From: Eledone cirrhosa
Lineage: Eukaryota
Assembly (NCBI GenBank): GCA_964016885.1
Contig: OZ024743.1
Span: forward strand, 356,128,001-356,192,000
DNA length: 64,000 bases
Direction: 5' to 3'
Part shown: piece after piece, positions 40,035 through 51,618 of the stretch
Layout: each line of letters opens with the position of its first letter
Position numbering within the stretch: the stretch's first letter is position 1
Translations under genes and position numbers: made by a program
The notes under the pieces: generated by a model
The model's input: the letters and a program-made list of their open reading frames with translations, nothing else
Databases searched by the model: none
Told to the model about the DNA's origin: nothing

Positions 40035-41289
40035 TCGGTGTGTCCGGTGGTTGTGAGGGGGCTGCTCATGCAACAGGCAGTTCTTCAACAGCTGCCCATC
40101 GTTACCGGCATCCAGGGATTCCAGGATCCAGGGATTCCAGGCACGTCATTGTCAAGCTTGACATGAGGAATGCCTTCCACTCTTTACACCGGGATCATCT
40201 CCTCGAGACCTGCCTCAGCCGAGCCCCCTTTGCCTACCCGCTGGCCTATCTGTCATATGGAGCCCGGAACATGCTCCTTGCTGCTGATACGGTCATAGCT
40301 TCGGCTAATGGGGTCCAGTATCCGGCGTATCTTTCGTCAGTAACTTCGTACCGCGTCCTCGTCACCAGGCTTCTTCAAAACACAACTGAACCCTCAGTGT
40401 TCAGAGAACGTGAGGCCGCCTTTGAGACGTGGGACCGGCTGGGACTTAGCCCAGTAGACGTCCCTCCTCCCTCTCCCACTGTTGACGTCAAGTCCCCCCA
40501 ACGCACTTGGGATGCCATCCAGTGTAGCCTGGCCTCAGACAGGCTCACGCGCCAGCTCGACCAGCACCGCCTTGATTGTTTTCGTGCGGCCTCCAAACCC
40601 CACAGTGGTGCCTGGATCCATGCCCTGCCATCCTTCACCACTGGCACGCAGCTAGACAACCATAGCCTGCGAATCGGCGTTTCCCTGAGGCTCGGCCTCC
40701 GGATCTGCCAGCCACACCAATGTCGCTGCGGTTCCACCGTGGACTCTTTCGGCCTCCACCCGCTTTCCTGTCGCCACAGTGCTGGCCGCATTCCACGCCA
40801 TGCTGTCCTCAACGAGGTCCTTAAGCAGGGCTTGGACGCTGCAGGCTTCCCTTCCCAGCTCGAGCCGGTGGGGCTGGATCGAGGGGACGGCAAAAGGCCA
40901 GATGGCATGACCATCTTCCCGTTACGCGGTGGCAAACCCCTCGTCTGGCATTCCACTTGCACCGACACTTTCTGCAGCCGTAACCTGGTGCAGTCTGCGA
41001 CTGACCCAGGTTCTGCTACACGTCGGGATGAGGGGGCCAAACTCCTCAAATACCGGTCGCTCTCCGACAGGTTTGCGGTCGTAACCCTGGCAGTGGAGAC
41101 TTCTGGTGTCCTCGGCCCCAGGGTATCTCCTTACTCACCACCATAGGCGCTGAGCTGGCCAGCCGCAGGTGTGAGCCCCGCGAGTTGGAGTGGCTTTTCC
41201 AGCGCGTCTCCCTTACCGTCCTCCGGGGAACCGCCTTCTCCATTCTGTCCGCCGGGGCTGTGGGTGGGCTCCATCGCGTACCCTTGTAG
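40035..41289 (+). mobile_element. CRE-clade (RLE-type) non-LTR retrotransposon, 5'-truncated with an internal deletion of the RT core
   Basis: FGVSGGCEGAAHA, KLDMRNAF, GVQ then a jump to PAYLSS; CRCG...HPLSC zinc knuckle, RH, DGKRPDG, LAVETSG; frameshifted tail WLFQRVSLTVLRG. Confidence 0.85.
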
Positions 41290-41849
41290 TTGTTGTATAC
41301 AGATATTAACTCATCAATCCCAGTGAGAAATTGTGAGTTAAAAACGTAGCCAGAGATATTAGTCTACGACTTCATTTATATCATAAACGTGGTTTTGTCT
41401 TTGCGCGTAATTGTTCTCAACGCTCCACATAACGACGTATTATCTTCGCTTTTTTCCGTTCATTGCCAGGGAAAGTCTTCATTAAATTATTTATGTTTTT
41501 AAAAAAAATTGTTTCAGGGAGTGTTATGCACATGAACAATTCAACGTTTTGATCCCCTAGTGCCGATTTTTAGGGTTTTTTGAGGCGTTACGTCAGACCG
41601 ATTTCCTTGAAATTATAACTATGTATTAGTCAGTCTCTTCTTCATACCGTGAGCAAAGAAAATCCAACTTTTTTTTGGCCTAGGGCCCGCATCAGCTTTT
41701 TAAGGCTTTTTTGAGGCATTACGTCTAGCTGATTTTCCCGAAATTTCAAGGCATATTATGGACATAAAAAAAATTCATTTCCTTGATCCCCTGGGGGATG
41801 GACAGGCCTTCGACAACCAATCGGCCAGTGCTGGCTGTAGTTCCTGGGA

Positions 41850-42135
41850 CATATTAGGTTCTGTTGTTTTGTGGAGGACTTCACTGATGAGCGTACGGCT
41901 TGAGGAGATTGATGAGAGATAAGCCGGATGTGCCAGTTCAAAAATGAATAGCAGGCTGAGACCATCGAATTTCGCAGGGAGTTGTCAAAATTAATATTGC
42001 AGATGAGTTCAGTACAACGTCGGATGGTAGCATCGAATTCGACGAGGCAATTTGCGAGAGGGTGAAACGGTGCACTGACAGCGTGAAGAGGAGTTTATAG
42101 AGTGCGAAGGACAGCTGATACGCGTCAATGACGGG
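41850..42135 (-). mobile_element. Degenerate CRE-like fragment (post-RT region)
   Basis: Minus-strand frames give SFALYKLLFTL and CLVEFDATIRRCTELICNINFD, resembling the CRE post-RT region. Confidence 0.5.
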
Positions 42136-42328
42136 CCATGTATGTGTGTACGTATGCATACTTACTCTTATCAGCTGTGCTAGGGCGAGAAATAAAATTC
42201 TAATTTTAATTTTAGTTTTCGGCAAGGCCAGCCGTAACTCGCTGGGTATGCAAATGAGGCTACTCAGTCGATGTATACTTAAGAAAATACTATATATTTT
42301 CAATAGTTCAATAGATTGGCAGAGGTAT

Positions 42329-42371
42329 ACAGTTCTGATGAAGGGCAATGGCCCAGAAACATGTTGATTGT
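42329..42371 (+). ncRNA. Minimal type I hammerhead ribozyme
   Basis: ACAGTT-CTGATGA-aGGGCaatgGCCCa-GAA-ACATGT-T-GATTGT; palindromic stem III. Confidence 0.8.
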
Positions 42372-42593
42372 TCCTCAATGCCAGTGTTGAACAAACGGAT
42401 GACGATTTGTCATCGACACGGCGCAGCTTTAATGGGGCCGTTTATTTACAAACGAATTGAATATTATTATTAATATTCGATATAAGCCATACGTACATAT
42501 GTATGTGCATATATGTGTGTATGTATATATATATATACATGTGTGTTGTGAGTGTGTGTCTGTGTGTGTTGTATGAGTGTATGTATGCATACT

Positions 42594-42684
<91 letters not shown>

Positions 42685-43446
42685 GTGTGTGAATATATAT
42701 ATGTGTGTTTATGTATGTGTATGTCCGTATATGTATACGTTTATGGACGTGGGCGTCTGTACATATATGGTGTGCCTACATGTACGACAAGGTGTAGTTG
42801 GTGACTACATGTATTAGCAAGAGATATAGCTAACCTAATGAAACATTGATAAACCCTAGATATTTTTATCCATTTGCTTGCTTCCGTAAACTTCATATAA
42901 TTGACGCTCAAAAAACTATATGCTGAGCTTAAATTTGATTATAACTTCAGTAAGTACTACTAGTTGCACTAATGACAGACTTAGATTATATTAACATCGG
43001 AATAGAACTGTTGGTAATACCAGGTAGAACAACTATTATAAAAAGTACCGTTAAATAATTCTGGCAATTCTAACCTTCCATAAACTTAGAAAAACTCTGC
43101 TTACACTTTGCGGCTACAGCATGCGTGTATACGGACACACACCAATCGGTGATTTAACACTTTTTATTATGTTATATAAATATATATAAATATATATATA
43201 TTTGTGTGTGTGTAGCCTCTGCACACCCTCTGCACCCTACTATCGACGCCACCCCATCTATGGCTCAACTAACCACTCGACTCCCGGGAATGAATATGAC
43301 CACAGCTAGTAAACAAGGACCCAAACCCCACCCTCCCGCACCAAAATTAGACTTATCGTCCCCTGCTTCTGCTCTTTACTCTCTTTACTCCTTGTTCTTG
43401 AATGTTTGGTTGGTAGAGTCCATAACACCAATCAAACCCCTTTTAT

Positions 43447-43493
43447 AACTCTGACGAATCCTACGGTTACGTAAGAAAGAAACATTGTAAGCC
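43447..43493 (+). ncRNA. Decayed hammerhead-like motif
   Basis: CT-CTGACGA-atccTACGgttaCGTAagaaa-GAA-ACATTGT-A-AG, then AATAAA. Confidence 0.55.
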
Positions 43494-43857
43494 AATAAAA
43501 ATCCTTTGATGTTGTAGACGCTCTTGTGTTCTTTATCATATAAATATATATATATATACTAGCAGAGTATCTAGACGTTGCACAGATAAGAACATTGGTA
43601 ATAGCATCTCCAATGAGAAACGTTTATTTGTGAGTGCCTGTTAAAAACTCACGACAATATACCGACAGGAAACTTGTTTTATTTGGAGAAAATTAAGAAG
43701 TTGAAAGTACAGTTTAGCTGTCACGTGCATTGTTCATAGAAATATTGTTGAACCCCTTCTTTTCATACGCCTATGTTTTGGCCTTTTGGAGTAAATGTGA
43801 AAGAGAATGTCACAGGTTAAGTTGGCAGAAGGTTCCAGTGCAATATATTTATATATA

Positions 43858-44481
43858 CTGGGTGGGTGAAAAGAAACTCCCAATATGATGTTGTTAAACA
43901 ATTAATTATTGGTCGATTAACATGAAACGTATTATTTTGAACAGTATAATAGCAAAGTACAGTACAGTGAGGAATTTTTACATAAGCAGCAACATTGTCT
44001 CTCAATTCTTTTAATCGTGTGGGTATATGCTCAAACTAACTCAGGAACTCAGGTGGTATGCTGGTCAGTCAGGTGGTATGCTGGTCAGTCAGATGGTATG
44101 CTGGTCAGTCAGGTGGTATGCTGGTCAATCAGGTGGTATGCTAGTCAGTCAGGTGGTATGCTTGTCAGTCAGTACATGACGAATGCCTCCCACCAATTGA
44201 GTCACAGTTCTTGGTTTTGAGCTATAAACTTCATTTGTCCACAGGTCCTGGAAAGAAATCGCATGGCGTTAAGTCAGGGCTTCGTGCTGGCCCTTCGTGT
44301 GGATCTCAGGAAACTAGCCAACGTCCTGGAATTTGGACATCAAGCCACTTACGGATAGTTCGTTCAAAATGAAGAGTGACTCCATCTTGCATAAATATGA
44401 AGATATTAATTTTGTCCAAATTGGCCAAAGTAAACCAAACCGTTATAAGTAATTTTCATAGGGAGACCCTTTCCACTTACC

Positions 44482-44484
<3 letters not shown>
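43858..44484 (-). mobile_element. Internally deleted Tc1/mariner element, rosa/DD41D-like
   Basis: TA-flanked imperfect 24-bp TIRs. Minus strand encodes MQDGVTLHFERTIRKWLDVQIPGRWL..PARSPDLTPCDFF. Confidence 0.8.
44050..44172 (+). repeat. 20-bp minisatellite (TCAGGTGGTATGCTGGTCAG) x6
   Basis: Direct tandem repeat visible inside the mariner relic. Confidence 0.95.
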
Positions 44485-44523
<39 letters not shown>

Positions 44524-45064
44524 CGGCGATGAATTAGTTTTGCGAGGTTTTTTATATGAAATCGTGTGTCGAAACAAATATTGTTATACTTGGGGGAGGG
44601 TCATATTTGTGTAATATTGCCAGAATTAATAACAGAACACAGTCACTGTTTGGTTGGTTTTCGCTTCTCGCTTCTGTGTCTTTTATATCGGTAATCTAAC
44701 TTACTCGGGCCTCAATGTTGCCATTGACTGACCGACGGTCAAAAATAATACAGATACAATATAGACACAAACACATATATATAGTTTATCATAAATCTTT
44801 CGTTGCACATCTGCAACATCGTCAGTGGTGTTATATCTTCCTCCTGTTGTATTGTATGTCTACGCCATTTTTATTCAGTCTGTCTATATATTTATTAATT
44901 TATTTGCTTGTTTGTTTATTTTATTTTGTCTTCTTTGCGCATGCGTTTGCGTGTGTGTATAGTGTTTTGTTTGCTGTGTGATGGGTGACTAGTGTGTGTT
45001 TATGTGCTTGTTGTTATTGTGCTTGTGTATGTATTTATTTATTTATTGTATTCTATTTACTTAT

Positions 45065-45897
45065 TTATACTTCTCTTAGGTCAGTGTTGTTTGTTTGGGT
45101 GATGTTGTTATTCCATTCATTCTTTCTGTTTAGCCTTGGTCTTCTAATTTCTATTTCACTGGCCTCTCTGATTTGCCTATCTGCTGGGTCATTTCTATGT
45201 TTAGATATTATTCTAATTTCTATGTTGTCTATGTTACCGTCATGTTGTTGTCTAGCATGTTCGTATAGTACTGACCCGTTTTTTCGTCCTTTTAGTTCCC
45301 CCCAGTGTTGGTCTATCCTTTCACCTATGCTACGAGCTGTCTCACCTATGTATATTGTTGTCATGTTTCTGCAAGTACCCTCTGTACATCTTATGCTATA
45401 GACTACGTTTCTAGTTTTACAGTTTATCTGGGGATTCACCTTACATATGATACATTTCCTATTGGTACAGTGGGTTTTCTTAAAAGGGTAGGTTTTGCTG
45501 ATCAGGGATTTTATGGTGGTTCCTGGCTTTTCTACCACCTTAATTTTTAAGTGGGTCTTTCTCAGGGCCTTTCTACACTGGTTAGCTAATTTCCCTCCAG
45601 GGGTGGCGTCCACAAACATGGCACTCTGGTATCTCTGGTTGTCGTACCATGAGGTGGCTTTCCCTATCTTATGTCTAGCCCTATCTATGCTATTCCATGA
45701 TTTTCTCCTGTATAATGGGCAAATTCCTTTCATGTGCAGTTCTATGAGGGTCTTATACTTTTCCATGGCTCCTTCGTATACTCTGACTCTGTCTCTTTGG
45801 TTGTAGCCAGAGAACTGCATGCGGTTGATGAAGTGTTGGATGTGTCTTTCCATTTCTGTTGGGTCGCACTTGCGGGACACATTCTTCATCACTCGTA
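45065..45897 (-). CDS. Penelope-like ORF C-terminus (RT thumb/linker + GIY-YIG endonuclease), 5'-truncated
   Basis: FSGYN, C-x4-C-x2-C linker, NVVYSIRC...IYIGETAR...RIDQH, RQIREA, PRLNRKNEW; uninterrupted reading frame. Confidence 0.9.
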
Positions 45898-46170
45898 CCA
45901 AACAAACAACACTGACCTAAGAGAAGTATAAATAAGTAAATAAAATAAAATAAATAAATAAATAAATACATACACAAGCACAATAACAACAAGCACATAA
46001 ACACACACTAGTCACCCATCACACAGCAAACAAAACACTATACACACACGCAAACGCATGCGCAAAGAAGACAAAATAAAATAAACAAACAAGCAAATAA
46101 ATTAATAAATATATAGACAGACTGAATAAAAATGGCGTAGACATACAATACAACAGGAGGAAGATATAAC

Positions 46171-46212
46171 ACCACTGACGATGTTGCAGATGTGCAACGA
46201 AAGATTTATGAT
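46171..46212 (+). ncRNA. Hammerhead motif in the Penelope pseudo-LTR (sense copy on minus strand at 44788-44829)
   Basis: acCA-CTGACGA-tGTTGCAgatgTGCAAC-GAA-AGATTT-A-TGat; strong stem II, weak stem I. Confidence 0.7.
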
Positions 46213-46410
46213 AAACTATATATATGTGTTTGTGTCTATATTGTATCTGTATTATTTTTGACCGTCGGTCAGTCAATGGCAACATTGAGGAAGGAGTAAG
46301 TTAGATTACCGATATAAAAGACACAGAAGCGAGAAGCGAAAACCAACCAAACAGTGACTGTGTTCTGTTATTAATTCTGGCAATATTACACAAATATGAC
46401 CCTCCCCAAG

Positions 46411-46461
<51 letters not shown>

Positions 46462-46463
<2 letters not shown>

Positions 46464-46574
46464 AGATAGTATGACCCCGACGGCAGAGCTCAAGCCGTTT
46501 CGACGGCTATTTCTGGAGTCCAGAAATAGCCGTCGAAACGGCTTGGGCTCTGCCGTCGGGGTCATACTCTCTCC
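46462..46574. repeat. Near-perfect palindrome, 56-bp arms
   Basis: Centre tctgga-g-tccaga at 46518. Confidence 0.95.
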
Positions 46575-46653
46575 AATTACCCACTTTACTACCCTAAGTA
46601 TTGAGTACTCTGGTGCGTTATAGTCCATCTAATTCCTTACCACAACTCCTCCG

Positions 46654-46747
<94 letters not shown>

Positions 46748-46752
<5 letters not shown>

Positions 46753-46953
46753 AATATAAATATATTACACAAAGAGAAGTGTGTTACACAGTGAGATGTT
46801 TGTTAAGAATTATTACAAGTGAGTAGGGCGAAATCACGTGTTATCTGCATCAAATAACGGCTCTCATGGATTGTAATCTCACTTGTAATAATTATTTACA
46901 CACATTTCACTGTGTAACACACTTCTCTTTGTGTAATATATTTATATTTGTAT
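46748..46953. repeat. Inverted repeat, 76-bp arms, 54-bp spacer
   Basis: 46748-46823 versus 46878-46953. Confidence 0.9.
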
Positions 46954-48607
46954 GTGAGCTCAGAAGAAAATTCTCTATTCCTCTTTGAGCTAATATTATT
47001 ATTATTACTGTGAACTGCGTAATACTGTTAATTCCGATCCCCGTGTATATATATATATATATTACAAAGAGGGTGTGGTAAGATACCAGCTGGCCCATAA
47101 CGCACCAGAATACTCAATACTTAAGGTAGTAGTGTAGTAGCGTTGGTAATAAAAAAAGAATCAGGACCCCGACGGCTGAGCTCCGGCCGTTTCGACAGCT
47201 AGATCCGACCTAAGCCACCACTCGGCTAAAAAGTCAAGCATTTATATTTTATTACTAAGTCAGTTGCTGATGAAAACATTTAGTTATCAATTACTCCGAG
47301 GCACAGAAAGGGCGCCTCATACACTAATTTACTTGTTTTTTCCTTTAAATTTTATATTCAATCTCCGAAAGAAATCCACACTTAGTCTAGTAAGGAGTCA
47401 TAGATATCTGTTCGGCTGGTACCATAGGGCTGTATATAAGCTTTGGCAAGAGTGAAAATATTCCGGGTTTACATAAGGAAGATTAGGAACTGTTTATAAT
47501 AGCGTATGTATGCAAATATCCACCTAAGTGTATTTAGAAAGTGTAAATGACAAAAAAAAAAAATCTGTTTCTACCTATGTATGCTTGGGGTTTCTTCTCT
47601 CTCTTAGTTTGTAATTGGGAAGGAAACAAAGCCGAGATCTACCCATCTTGGTCATGAGGGGGTTTGAAGGTAAAATATATATATTCTGTGTTTACACGAG
47701 GTAACGAGTTCATTCTTTTTGTTTAACAATTGTTCCTTTACAAACAGCATCTGGATCATTTCCTCCGAATGTAAATTGCACGGACCGCCTCCTTCCAAGT
47801 AAGATTTTGTCTTGTAGGCTCCAACTTAAATGATAACTTTTTTTCTTTTTTCTTATCCCTTTGAATTGAAGTTTACCGTTTTTATAGATTAAGAGAGTGG
47901 TATAGGATAAAATCTCTCTTAATGCCGTGTGTACACGCCTGACTACTTGGCATCATCAGGTCAGCCCTATTTCTTCCCCCTTCCCCCTTGTATTTTGGCA
48001 TGTTTAGCGCCTCGCGGCTATGAAGGTGTTTAACTATGTACACGACATCCCAGATCACTGACCACTTCCCGTGACACAGGAAAATCAACAAACTTTTAGG
48101 ATTTTTTGCTTAGATCTTTTTGCTTTTTCGCTTTGACTGCATGCCCATATATGGACTGTACCCCGTGATAAGTTCATCTAGATTCCCGCTGTCCTAATAC
48201 TGGTGCCTTAGTTTGTATCTAGCTATCGAAACGGCCGGAACTCAGTCGTCGTTTCCTGACTCTTTTCCTATATATATATATAAGTATATACCAGTATATA
48301 TTTATATGAGTGTGTTATGCGTGTGCGTGAGTGTGGGAGTGAGGGCATATGTGTGTGCCTGCGAGTGTGATTGTAGGCACCTGACCATTTCAGCAGAGCT
48401 ACCAATGAATAGCCGTTGTTAGCTTAAGTGAACCTTTAAAATCAGGAGTGTCCCGCACCCCAGTGTGAACCTGTCTATATAATTTTTTCTGCTTTTGTTA
48501 AATATAGTTTTAAAGGGTTCCCTTTTTTTTTTAATCCATCAACCAATGACCTCCCCCCATCCCAATCACCACAACATTATAAATACCACAACATTACTTG
48601 GACAGTC

Positions 48608-48658
48608 GGCTTCCTGATGATTTCTGCCGAATGAAACAGTTCTAGTCCTGTAGGAGCC
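48608..48658 (+). ncRNA. Type I hammerhead ribozyme
   Basis: GGCTTC-CTGATGA-tTTCtgccGAAt-GAA-ACAG ttctagtc CTGT-A-GGAGCC; predicted cleavage after A48652; stem I covaries with the 37534 copy. Confidence 0.8.
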
Positions 48659-48668
48659 ATTTCTATAT

Positions 48669-48725
<57 letters not shown>

Positions 48726-49675
48726 CTGTGTGTGTGTGTGTGTCTGTGTGTGTGTGTGTGTATGCTGCGCGTGCGTGTGTGTGTGTGGGCGTACGCGTGC
48801 GTGTATGTATTTTTATGTGTGTGTGTGAATAAAAAGTAAGGCTAAGATAAGAAATATATTACTTTACAATCGAGTACCTTTTAATCAAAACGTGTACACA
48901 AGCATGCACGTACACGCACGTACAAGCACGTATACGCACAGGCGCACACATCAAAAATATAAGTATATTCCTAAGAGACAAATCAAAACACATCTTCTGC
49001 AAATATCAATATATATATGTAATGGAGAGGATGCATAAAGTTGGAAATGGTGGTAATACAAATGCAATAATTTCCATATTTATATAGAAGACATATGTAT
49101 ATAATGCGAATGTGATTCGAATATTGAAGCCAATATTGAAATTTATATATTATACCATTAAAGTAATGTAAGCATGAGTATAGGCGGCTCGGTCTGCTTG
49201 ACACAATGTAAGTACCGACACTCTCCCGCTTTTACATCAGCAGGTAAGACAGAAAGACAAGTGAACTAATAGAGAAATTAGACTCTCATGCAAAAAATAA
49301 CATTATGGTCTCCGTTAAAATGTTAGCAAGCTGAGCTATGGTAAAGTGAAAAGATTTACTAGTTATTAACTTTTTTATTAGATTTCAACTGAACTTGAGA
49401 AAATATCTGTCTTTGAATAAGCTATTAATGACAACACTGGCAATAAAAATATATAAAGAATTGTCACCATATATAAACGAAATGCACAACCAGAAGACAC
49501 ATTCTATTGCTCTTAATAGACAAAAGTATATTCCTATACAACTGTGAGTGTGCAGACTGTTTTAAATGCTGGTATTTAAATACAATTAATATCAAGCAAT
49601 CTGCAAAAGATATGTGCATGCCAAAAGAACAGATTAACAAAATATATAAAATATAATATAATATAACATATGGAA

Positions 49676-49880
49676 TAGTGAATAAGAACACCGAGGCTAG
49701 TGATGCTTTTGGAAAACTGCGAGCAAGGGTATGGAGTGAGAGAGGAATAAATTTAAAAACCAAAACCTCAGTTTACTGTACAGTTGTCATATCACCATTG
49801 CTGTATATGTCTGAATCGAGGGCACTATATAGAACACATATTACACAGCTAGATACTTTCCAAAAAAGATGTCTCATATT
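49676..49880 (+). mobile_element. RTE/BovB-like LINE internal fragment
   Basis: ASDAFGKLRARVWSERGINLKTKTSVY..VVISPLLYMSES...LDTFQKRCL. Confidence 0.8.
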
Positions 49881-50090
49881 TCTTAGAAATCTCTTTTGAC
49901 CAAGGAAACTATGTTTCCATTGATCTTTCCAGTGCTGATAATATCTGCCGATCGCATATTTTATTCAAAGAAGCAACGTGCCGCTTACTTCTGGAATGGA
50001 ACCCATGATCTTATCAATCTGAGTTCAAGCACTAGGTTAACATATTTATTATCTTTAATATATTGAAGTATTCTTTCTATTAAGTGAATA

Positions 50091-50278
50091 TGTGGATTGG
50101 CAGTATCGGTAGAGGGTCGGACGCCATGCTTTCCAGCATAGTTACGTCCCTTTACGATCTGAGTTCAAATCCCGCCGAGGTTGACTTTTCCTTTCATCCT
50201 TACGGGGTCGATAAAATAAAGTACCAGTAATGCACTGGGTAATTGCTGGCCTTGTGCCTAAAGTAGAAACAATTATTT
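50091..50278 (+). mobile_element. Nin/Deu-domain tRNA SINE, full length
   Basis: A box tggcagtatcgg, B box gagttcaaatcc, Nin-like core cctttcatccttacggggtcgataaaataaagtaccag, AT-rich tail. Confidence 0.9.
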
Positions 50279-50332
50279 CTTTTTAAGACGGATGTAATAA
50301 CAACTAATTAATTGAAATCTGTTCACAGTAAG

Positions 50333-50473
50333 ATAATTGTTTCTACTTTAGGCACAAGGCCAGCAATTACCCAGTACATTACTGGTACTTTATTTTAACG
50401 ACCCCGTAAGGATGAAAGGTAAAGTTAACCTCGACGGGATTTGAACTCAGACCATAAAGGGACGTAACTATGC
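50333..50473 (-). mobile_element. Nin/Deu SINE, tail-to-tail with 50091-50278
   Basis: Reverse complement of the 3' three-quarters of the family sequence. Confidence 0.85.
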
Positions 50474-50813
50474 TCACAGTAAGATAATGGAGAAGCGACC
50501 GTAATGAATCTCTCGAATACCGTGTGAGTGTGTTACTCGCTTCGATAAGGAGCAGCTGGTTCATAATTAAGCCATTTCAGAATATTTAATACCTTCTTCA
50601 TCTCAAAGGGTAAATTATGATATTCTATTATTTAGAGTTCTCGATAGGACGACTACATTTCAAATTTTAAAATGTTCTAATGCTTCTTCGGTCAACGGTT
50701 TATATGTACACACACGTACACACATACACACGCACACATACATACACATATATATTTATACATATATGTATATATGAGTGCGTGTGTGTGTGTATGTGTG
50801 TGTGTGAATGTAT

Positions 50814-50877
<64 letters not shown>

Positions 50878-50896
50878 CTGCATATATATATATATG

Positions 50897-51380
50897 TCTC
50901 ATGCTCGGGTCGTCGGGGACTAAACCGGCAACCCCACCAAGCTTGCTTGGTGAAGAGGGTGATATTTGGACACTCCGCAGATTGAAATGCAATATCCGGC
51001 AAAGGGCGGAGGAACTCGACAGAGTCAATGGCCATCCAAATAATACTTTTCTTTTTTTTTTTTCACCTTGCCGTGAAAGGCCCCCAATTGTTGTCACAAC
51101 ACTTTTGGAGGAGAGGGAAACTCTGAAAAAAAAACTGCGGCTTCAGAAGCATCCGATGATGTTGACCACTTCTCCTTTTTGAGTAGTGTTTTTGATGGTC
51201 AGAGAGTGAGATGGTCGAATGCAAGGCCTTTCCCCACTTAAAAATCCCTTCAAAGTACAGACATTGCTTGTTCAGGATATGTTACAGGTTCTTATGGCTG
51301 GGCGTAGCCTAAAAGTGCAGCATTTTCTGTAATCTGACAAGCGATTCCAATACTCTTAGAAGAGTTTGCAGTCATCATCA
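50897..51380 (+). mobile_element. Possible RTE-derived non-autonomous element (5' UTR-like head, CAT tail)
   Basis: GC-rich island between microsatellites with ggagagggaaactctga (resembles RTE 5' UTRs) and a gtcatcatca end. Family not confirmed. Confidence 0.35.
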
Positions 51381-51441
51381 TATATATATATATACATATA
51401 TATATATACATATATATATACATATATATATATACATATAC

Positions 51442-51528
<87 letters not shown>

Positions 51529-51533
51529 CATAT

Positions 51534-51613
<80 letters not shown>

Positions 51614-51618
<5 letters not shown>

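Larger units (their letters stand above)
44584..46415 (-). mobile_element. Penelope-like element, 5'-truncated, with inverted pseudo-LTRs (44584-45098 and 45898-46415)
   Basis: GIY-YIG ORF lies between two near-identical ~515-bp inverted arms, each carrying a hammerhead motif. Confidence 0.9.

Noticed and set aside
40375-41049. 224-aa minus-strand ORF
   Set aside because: Antisense shadow of the GC-rich CRE ORF.
44050-44172. Regular 20-bp repeats suggesting CRISPR
   Set aside because: No spacers, eukaryotic context and no cas genes; it is a minisatellite.
44715-44981. Identical 88-aa ORF on both strands (also 46019-46285)
   Set aside because: A consequence of the inverted pseudo-LTRs; low-complexity non-coding sequence.
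50091-50180. tRNA-like A and B boxes
   Set aside because: SINE heads; no complete cloverleaf.
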